Shown here: positions 26,401-32,000 of the stretch, piece after piece
Numbering within the stretch: the stretch's first letter is position 1
How the letters are laid out: each line of letters opens with the position of its first letter
Source of the DNA: Promethearchaeota archaeon
GTDB taxonomy: Archaea > Asgardarchaeota > Lokiarchaeia > Sigyniarchaeales > SOKP01
Assembly: GCA_030606485.1 (NCBI GenBank)
Contig: JAUWGH010000003.1
Span: 390,001-422,000, forward strand
Reading direction: 5' to 3'
Length of the DNA stretch: 32,000 nt
Notes under the pieces: generated by a model
Seen by the model: only the letters and a program-made list of their open reading frames with translations
Told to the model about the DNA's origin: nothing
Database searches by the model: none
Position numbers and translations under genes: made by a program

Positions 26401-27174
26401 ATGGCTTTGAGGAAAGCATTAACATTATCAGTCTCTGGTAAAGGGGGTGCGGGAAAGACAACAATAACTGCATTATTACTGAAAATATTATTGGAATCTG
26501 GTAAACAGGATATCCTTGTGATAGATGCAGACCCCGCTATGAATTTGCCGAATGTTCTTGGGATTGAATTGAAGGGAAAGACCACTTTAGGGATGATTCT
26601 AGATAAGAAGAAAGATGAATTAGAGTTAGGAACGCACTTCTACGGAAAACTTTTAGAGGGGGAAATCTGGGAGAGTATTATCAACCAGAATGGTTTTGAT
26701 ATGCTCATTATGGGACGAACAAAAGGTGAGGGTTGTTATTGCTCCCTTGATAGTTTTGCCGCTATAATAATTGAATCTCTAACCAAGATGTATGATTTTA
26801 TTCTTATTGATTTCTATGCAGGATTTGAACATCTTAGCCGAAGAACCGACAGATTTGCTGATATCCTTTTAATTGTAACAGATCCGTCTAAAATGGGATT
26901 TGGGACATCTCGCCGCATTAAAGAACTAATTGAAGAAGTTAATATATCGTTTAAAGATGTTTTTTTGGTGGGAAATAGATTTAATATAAAATTAGAACGA
27001 CAACTTTCCAATTTTTCTAAAGAGATCGGAGTTAAATATGCAGGAATAATTCCATACGACCAGAATGTTGCAGAATTCAATATGAAAGGTAAATCACTAA
27101 TGCATATACCTAAAGATTCATTGGCATTTATTTTTGCAAAAAGATTTTATGAAATAATATTCAAAAAGTTCTAA
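26401..27174 (+). CDS. CooC/AcsF-type P-loop ATPase (metal-insertion/maturation factor)
   Basis: GKGGAGKTT, IDADP..NL, GEGCYC (CxC metal site), AGFEHLSRR, GNR. Confidence 0.88.
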   Translation: MALRKALTLSVSGKGGAGKTTITALLLKILLESGKQDILVIDADPAMNLPNVLGIELKGKTTLGMILDKKKDELELGTHFYGKLLEGEIWESIINQNGFDMLIMGRTKGEGCYCSLDSFAAIIIESLTKMYDFILIDFYAGFEHLSRRTDRFADILLIVTDPSKMGFGTSRRIKELIEEVNISFKDVFLVGNRFNIKLERQLSNFSKEIGVKYAGIIPYDQNVAEFNMKGKSLMHIPKDSLAFIFAKRFYEIIFKKF

Positions 27175-27397
27175 ATTCTACACGATTATTAAATAACTCG
27201 GAGAATTAATCAATAATTTACTGTTAATTTTTACCATATGAGCTTATTTTACCAACTCATAAAGATATAATGCTTTTTAAAAAAAAATCAATATAAATTT
27301 ATATATAAAAGATGAAATTATTAAATAATTTTAGAATAAAAAAAATAACTATAAAAAAAACTAAAATAAAATAAATAAAGACTTTATTAATGGAGAA

Positions 27398-29269
27398 TTG
27401 AAAATGTATGGATATATGGGAAAGATTTTAAGAATAGATTTATCGAATGGAAAAATAACTGAAGAATTTCCTGATGAAAATACTTTAAAAATGTATTTAG
27501 GTGGGTCTGGACTAGCAACTAAATATCTCTTTGATGAAGTTAAAAAAGGAATAGATCCATTAGGTCCAGAAAACAAGTTAATATTCATGACTGGCCCCTT
27601 GACAGGAACTACATCTCCAAGCACCGGAAGATACAGTGTAGTCGCCAAGTCTCCACTTACTGGTATATGGGGACAGGCAAATTCAGCTGGTTTTTGGGGG
27701 AGAGATTTTAAGAGATCAGGTTTTGATGGAGTTATATTCGAAAATATCTCGCCAAAACCAGTCTATCTTGTTACAGACGAGGGAAAAGCAGAGCTAAGGG
27801 ATGCCAAACATCTTTGGGGTAAAAATACTTCAGAAACCACAAGATTAATTAAAGAGGATCTCGGAAAGAAATTCAATATATCATGTATAGGTATTGCTGG
27901 AGAAAATCAAGTTAAATATGCAGCAGTCATGAATGATTGTGATGAACCAAACTATGGTCGAGCTGCTGGAAGATGTGGTATGGGAGCTGTAATGGGTTCA
28001 AAGAATTTGAAAGCCATTGCTTCAAGAGGGACAATAAAGATCGAAGTGGCTAATCCAGAACAATATAGGGAAGAAGCCAAACAAAGGTATGAGTGGGTTA
28101 ATCAGAGTTTATTGAAAATGACTATTGAAGTATATGGAACAGCTGCTGTGGTTGATATAACGAATAATTTAGGTGGGTTCCCCACAAAAAATTGGCAAAC
28201 TGGTGTCTTTAAAGGTGCAGACAAAATAAATGGAACTACAATTAATGAAACAATTCTTGTCGAGCGAAAACCTTGTTTTGCATGTCCAATCGCCTGTGGA
28301 CGTATTTGTGAAGTTAAAGAAGGACCTTATAAAAGTAAAGGAGAGGGACCTGAATATGAATCATTAGGAGCTTTAGGTAGTATGTGTGAAGTTGATAATT
28401 TAGAGGCGATTACTTTGGCACATTTTCTATGTAATGAGTATGGTCTCGACACGATTTCTACCGGAAATACAATCGGTTTTGCCATGGAGTGTTATGATAA
28501 AGGAATTTTGACCAAAGAAGACACGAGCGGATTAGAATTAAATTGGGGTAATGCAGATCTCATTATTGATCTTGTTCATAAAATAGGTAAAAGGGAAGGT
28601 ATTGGAAATATGTTGGCTGAAGGAACAAAAAGGATGGCAGAAAAACTGGGTAAAAATTCTATAAAATTTGCTATGCAAGTAAAAGGTTTAGAACTTCCAG
28701 CCTACGATAGCAGAGCTGCTAAGATAACTGGGTTAGCATTTGCAACTGCAAATAGAGGTGGAGACCATATTACAGCTTACATAGAAGGTCCGGCTTTCTT
28801 AGCAATGCCCTTTCTAATCGTTGATGAGGCTGATATTGGGGATCCACTCCAAGAGATTCCGGAGACAACTAAAGTTGTCAAAGAATTTGAAGATGCATTT
28901 GGTATTTTTGATGCTATCGGTGGATGTAAATTTATGGGAATGGTTTTAACTGGAGAAGATTGGGCATCATTAATATCGAAACTTATGGGCTATGAATTCA
29001 CTGTAAAAGACTTTAGAAAAACAGGTGAAAGAATCTATAATCTTGCAAGAATTTTTAATATTAGAGAAGGAATAACTCGAGCTGATGATACACTTCCAGC
29101 TCGTTTATTAGAGGAACCAATGCCCGAAGGCCCTGCTGAAGGACATGTAGTAAATTTAGACCCACTCTTAGACGCTTATTACGAATATCGAGGATGGGAC
29201 AAGAATGGTAAACCAACTCCTGAGAAATTAAAAGAACTCGGATTAGATTGGGTTATTAATCAAATTTAA
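27398..29269 (+). CDS. aor: Tungsten-type aldehyde:ferredoxin oxidoreductase
   Basis: YGYMGKILRIDLS, GRCGMGAVMGSKNLKAIA, CFACPIAC (C293/296/300), GPEYES, DTIS, NRGGDH, DAIGGC (C510, fourth cluster ligand), DDTLP, YYEYRGW. Confidence 0.95.
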   Translation: MKMYGYMGKILRIDLSNGKITEEFPDENTLKMYLGGSGLATKYLFDEVKKGIDPLGPENKLIFMTGPLTGTTSPSTGRYSVVAKSPLTGIWGQANSAGFWGRDFKRSGFDGVIFENISPKPVYLVTDEGKAELRDAKHLWGKNTSETTRLIKEDLGKKFNISCIGIAGENQVKYAAVMNDCDEPNYGRAAGRCGMGAVMGSKNLKAIASRGTIKIEVANPEQYREEAKQRYEWVNQSLLKMTIEVYGTAAVVDITNNLGGFPTKNWQTGVFKGADKINGTTINETILVERKPCFACPIACGRICEVKEGPYKSKGEGPEYESLGALGSMCEVDNLEAITLAHFLCNEYGLDTISTGNTIGFAMECYDKGILTKEDTSGLELNWGNADLIIDLVHKIGKREGIGNMLAEGTKRMAEKLGKNSIKFAMQVKGLELPAYDSRAAKITGLAFATANRGGDHITAYIEGPAFLAMPFLIVDEADIGDPLQEIPETTKVVKEFEDAFGIFDAIGGCKFMGMVLTGEDWASLISKLMGYEFTVKDFRKTGERIYNLARIFNIREGITRADDTLPARLLEEPMPEGPAEGHVVNLDPLLDAYYEYRGWDKNGKPTPEKLKELGLDWVINQI

Positions 29270-29303
29270 TAGAGATAAAACTTAAGCATCTAATATAAAA
29301 TAG

Positions 29304-31019
29304 GTGAAACGTTTGGTTGAAGAAAAAAAAATAACATACGCGGATAAACCTTGGTTTAAAAGTTATTTCGTGGGGCCATCCAAACTTCCAAAAACCATGG
29401 AGCCATATCCTAAAATATCTGTTTACCAGTTCCTCGAAGACGCTGCAACTAACTATCCTAGCAATGTTGTATGCGTCTATTTAGATAATGAAATGACTTA
29501 TGAGGATTTAAAGCTCCAAGTAGATAAGTTAGCAACCGCATTTGCGGATTTAGGTGTGAAGAAAGGTGATAGAGTTGCAACAATTCTTCCAAATTGTCCC
29601 CAGTTCATCATATGTGATTATGCAATAATGAGATTAGGGGCAGTGCATGTTCCACTTAGTATATTACACAAAGCTCCCGATGTGTTGTACGAACTAGATG
29701 AATCTGGAACTGAAACAATAATCTGCTCTTATAGGCGTCTCAAGCTGGTTAATGAAATAAAAGATAAAACAAAACTTAAGACAATAATTTATACGCCGAC
29801 AAAATTATTTCCAGATTATTCTTTGCCTGAAATGAAAGAAGTAACTGATGCTTATCTACTAGAAGACTTAATAGAAAAATATGAGCCTAAACCTCCAAAA
29901 GTTGATATAAATCCCATAGAAGATTTGGCACTATTGCCATTTACTGGAGGCACAACTGGAGTCCCTAAAGGCACCATGCAAACTCATTACAACATAACCA
30001 CAAATGTGATTCAGACATTACAGTGGATGATGCATCCTTTAAAATCAGCAGTTATTGGAAAAGCTTCTTTAGTAATATGTGTTCCTATTTTCCATCAATA
30101 TGGACATTGGGCTGTACATGCCTCCATTTCTTGGGGTATTCGCATATTTTTAATGGATCCAAGAGATATTGATAAAATGATTGAAATAATAAAAAAAAAT
30201 CGTCCTTTTATGATCATTGGCGTTCCGACCCATTTTATGTTATTTCTTACTAAAGATATTCAGAGATTGCCAGTTTTTTTCTTTTCTGCTGCTGCTGCTC
30301 TTCCTGAAGAGGTTGCTAAAAAGTTTGAGAAGAAAATTGGAGTTCCAATGGGTGAAGGCTATGGTGCGACAGAAACAACGGGGGGTACTCACTTAAATCT
30401 TACAGCACTTTCAAAAGTTACAGGATTTGTTTCAAAAGTTAAAAGATCTATTGGAATACCAGTTCCTGATACGGAAGTTAAAATTGTAAACCTTGAGACT
30501 GGTGAGGAAGTCCCAATTGGGGAAACCGGTGAAATATGGATTCGTGGTCCGCAAGTAATGAAAGGTTATTGGCCAACGCCAGGTAAAGGTTTAACCGAAG
30601 ATGGGTGGCTTGCTATGGGTGATATTGGAAAAATGGATGAAGATGGCTTTTTCTACATCGTTGACCGTATCAAAGATATGATTAATGTATCAGGGATGAA
30701 AGTTTATTCGAGGGTAGTGGACGATGTTTTATATGAATATCCAGGTGTCAGTGAGGTAGGTGTTATTGGAATTCCAGATCCAGACCGCCCAGGAAGTGAA
30801 AGGGTAAAAGCTTTCATAACATTAAAACCAGAGTTCGAAGGTAAAGTTACTTCTGAAGAAATAATTGAATACTGTAAAGAGAAGCTTCCACCATACGCTA
30901 TACCGAAGTCTGTTGAGTTTAAGAGAGATCTGCCTAAGACCCTTGCTATGAAAATCTTAAAGAGAAAACTAAGAGAAGAAGAAATCGATAAGATGAAAGC
31001 GAGAGGAGAAATTAAATAA
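29304..31019 (+). CDS. Long-chain fatty acid-CoA ligase (AMP-binding family)
   Basis: FTGGTTGVPKG, GEGYGATET, GEIWIRGPQVMKGYW, GDIG, IVDRIKDMINVSG, KILKR. GTG start. Confidence 0.92.
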   Translation: MKRLVEEKKITYADKPWFKSYFVGPSKLPKTMEPYPKISVYQFLEDAATNYPSNVVCVYLDNEMTYEDLKLQVDKLATAFADLGVKKGDRVATILPNCPQFIICDYAIMRLGAVHVPLSILHKAPDVLYELDESGTETIICSYRRLKLVNEIKDKTKLKTIIYTPTKLFPDYSLPEMKEVTDAYLLEDLIEKYEPKPPKVDINPIEDLALLPFTGGTTGVPKGTMQTHYNITTNVIQTLQWMMHPLKSAVIGKASLVICVPIFHQYGHWAVHASISWGIRIFLMDPRDIDKMIEIIKKNRPFMIIGVPTHFMLFLTKDIQRLPVFFFSAAAALPEEVAKKFEKKIGVPMGEGYGATETTGGTHLNLTALSKVTGFVSKVKRSIGIPVPDTEVKIVNLETGEEVPIGETGEIWIRGPQVMKGYWPTPGKGLTEDGWLAMGDIGKMDEDGFFYIVDRIKDMINVSGMKVYSRVVDDVLYEYPGVSEVGVIGIPDPDRPGSERVKAFITLKPEFEGKVTSEEIIEYCKEKLPPYAIPKSVEFKRDLPKTLAMKILKRKLREEEIDKMKARGEIK

Positions 31020-31062
31020 TAATCACGAATTAATTTTCCAATCGTAGTTATCAATTTAAAAA

Positions 31063-31078
31063 TTTCCTTTATTTTTTT
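31063..31078 (+). terminator. T-rich terminator candidate after the acyl-CoA ligase
   Basis: TTTCCTTTATTTTTTT about 45 nt after the stop. Confidence 0.35.
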
Positions 31079-31164
31079 ATATAATTTCTAGTAATGATAA
31101 AAATGATCATAATCTTCAATGTATATGAATCCTGCATCACTTTCAGTTGATGGAAATGAAATAA

Positions 31165-31458
31165 ATGACCGTATATAGGATCAAGGTAATAGTAAAATTC
31201 TTTCTCCAATTTAGAGACTTTTTAAAAAAAAGTAAAATAGAAATTGAACTTAAAGAAGGAGCAGATATTTTCCAGGTTTTGGAGTCCATTTGTAATTTAT
31301 ATAATTTACGAGAGAAAATATTTAACGAGAAAAACGAACTTAGACAATGGATTAGGATATTGAAAAATGGAAGACAAATCAAATTTTTAAATGGCATTAG
31401 AACTAAACTTAGGCATGGAGATGTAATAGCACTGTTCCCACCTACAACTGGTGGATAA
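31165..31458 (+). CDS. MoaD/ThiS/SAMP ubiquitin-like sulfur-carrier protein
   Basis: Beta-grasp pattern, ILKNGR, GDVIALFPP and free C-terminal Gly-Gly (TTGG). Confidence 0.92.
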   Translation: MTVYRIKVIVKFFLQFRDFLKKSKIEIELKEGADIFQVLESICNLYNLREKIFNEKNELRQWIRILKNGRQIKFLNGIRTKLRHGDVIALFPPTTGG

Positions 31459-31486
31459 TATTACTTAGGTAGTTTTATAGATAATA

Positions 31487-31502
31487 TTTTTTTTTATTTT
31501 TT
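31487..31502 (+). terminator. Poly-T terminator candidate after MoaD/SAMP
   Basis: T9-A-T6 about 30 nt after the stop. Confidence 0.45.
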
Positions 31503-31628
31503 ATATAAAAACAAAATTATTTAATAGAATCAAATCTAAAATAAATTTAATAAAATCAAAAAGCTAAGAAATTTAAAGTAAATAAATATTCAAAACTTTT
31601 ACTAAAAAAAATAAAGAGAGTGAATGTT

Positions 31629-32000
31629 ATGGCAAAATTTGCTACAGATGAGTGGGCTGAACAATATGCTAAAGCCCTTAATGAAAACGAGGAATATAGG
31701 GCAGCGGCTGGGCCCAAAGGTTTTCCACCCGACGGGTGGGAAGGAGATTATATTTTTGTAATTGAGCCAAGCGGAAATTTAGATCATAAAATAGAAATGT
31801 GGATAGGACTATACCACGGCGATTGCACGGGAACTAAAATCTTAAAAAAGGAAGATAAATATCAACTTATAAAATCAGGAGAGAAGGCTCCAGAAGGTGT
31901 CATTGGAGTTGAATTTATCTATTCCGCAACCTATGATAACTGGGAAAAGATATTAAAGAAAGAATTGGATGCTGTTAAAGCGTTGTTGAAAGGACAAGCG
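31629..32000 (+). CDS. SCP2 sterol/lipid-binding domain protein (partial, runs off the window end)
   Basis: Read by hand: MAKFATDEWAEQYAKALNENEEYRAAA...WEGDYIFVIEP...GLYHGDC...EFIYSATYDNWEKILKKELDAVKALLKGQ, the archaeal SCP2 pattern. An in-frame GTG at 31620 is an alternative start. Confidence 0.8.
   Translation, partial: MAKFATDEWAEQYAKALNENEEYRAAAGPKGFPPDGWEGDYIFVIEPSGNLDHKIEMWIGLYHGDCTGTKILKKEDKYQLIKSGEKAPEGVIGVEFIYSATYDNWEKILKKELDAVKALLKGQA

Noticed and set aside
28751-28768. AOR motif NRGGDH (Asp where Pyrococcus AOR has Cys) as loss of a [4Fe-4S] ligand
   Set aside because: The fourth cluster ligand is the Cys in the DSAGLC-type motif, which is conserved here (DAIGGC, C510). The His of GGDH is the active-site His, so the enzyme looks intact.
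515-31397. Antisense and alternate-frame ORFs in the track (e.g. 515-967, 2066-2332, 7683-8030, 12134-12433, 13739-14113, 26814-27080, 30704-31054)
   Set aside because: They lie wholly or mostly inside well-supported genes, have shadow-ORF composition (F/S/I-rich) and show no family motifs.
31165-31458. Gly-Gly protein as a eukaryote-like ubiquitin system
   Set aside because: Sequence is of the MoaD/SAMP type, no E1/E2/RING/JAB genes are adjacent, and proximity to aor explains it as a tungstopterin sulfur carrier.
1-32000. tRNA, rRNA, CRISPR arrays, IS elements
   Set aside because: No GC-rich structured islands, repeat-spacer arrays or transposase ORFs were seen; all intergenic regions are short and very AT-rich.

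Overview
A gene-dense, AT-rich (roughly 30-35% GC by eye) chromosomal segment of an anaerobic archaeon. The gene set (archaeal-type ThyA, MptN-like ATP-grasp ligase, tungsten AOR, SAMP/MoaD, many FAD/Fe-S and lipid genes, giant TPR fusion) suggests an Asgard archaeon, probably Lokiarchaeia; this is inference, as no marker gene is present. About 30 CDS were found, and no tRNA, rRNA, CRISPR array or transposase. Main blocks: (1) RimK/MptN ligase, Maf and two tandem CTP-dependent lipid-kinase (DGK1/SEC59) paralogues; (2) a dispersed Thermotoga-type inositol pathway (iolM, iolN, iolO plus a divergent Zn-dehydrogenase), interleaved with an orphan UPF0175 gene, two crotonases and a 1277-aa TPR + nitrilase fusion whose 3' part is markedly GC-richer; (3) mrp-iscU-radical SAM divergent from a DtxR-family regulator, with a palindrome (TGAATAATTATTCA) present twice between them and again, with one mismatch, before the FAD-oxidase operon; (4) ThyA with a ~75-aa insertion and a YtcJ amidohydrolase; (5) a 10-kb co-oriented run (FAD oxidoreductase, CCG Fe-S protein, two ferredoxin-like proteins, degenerate nuclease-wHTH protein, CooC ATPase, AOR, acyl-CoA ligase, MoaD/SAMP, SCP2) that reads like an anaerobic alcohol/aldehyde-to-acyl-CoA funnel. 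All family calls come from motif recognition in the translations; no database search was run.
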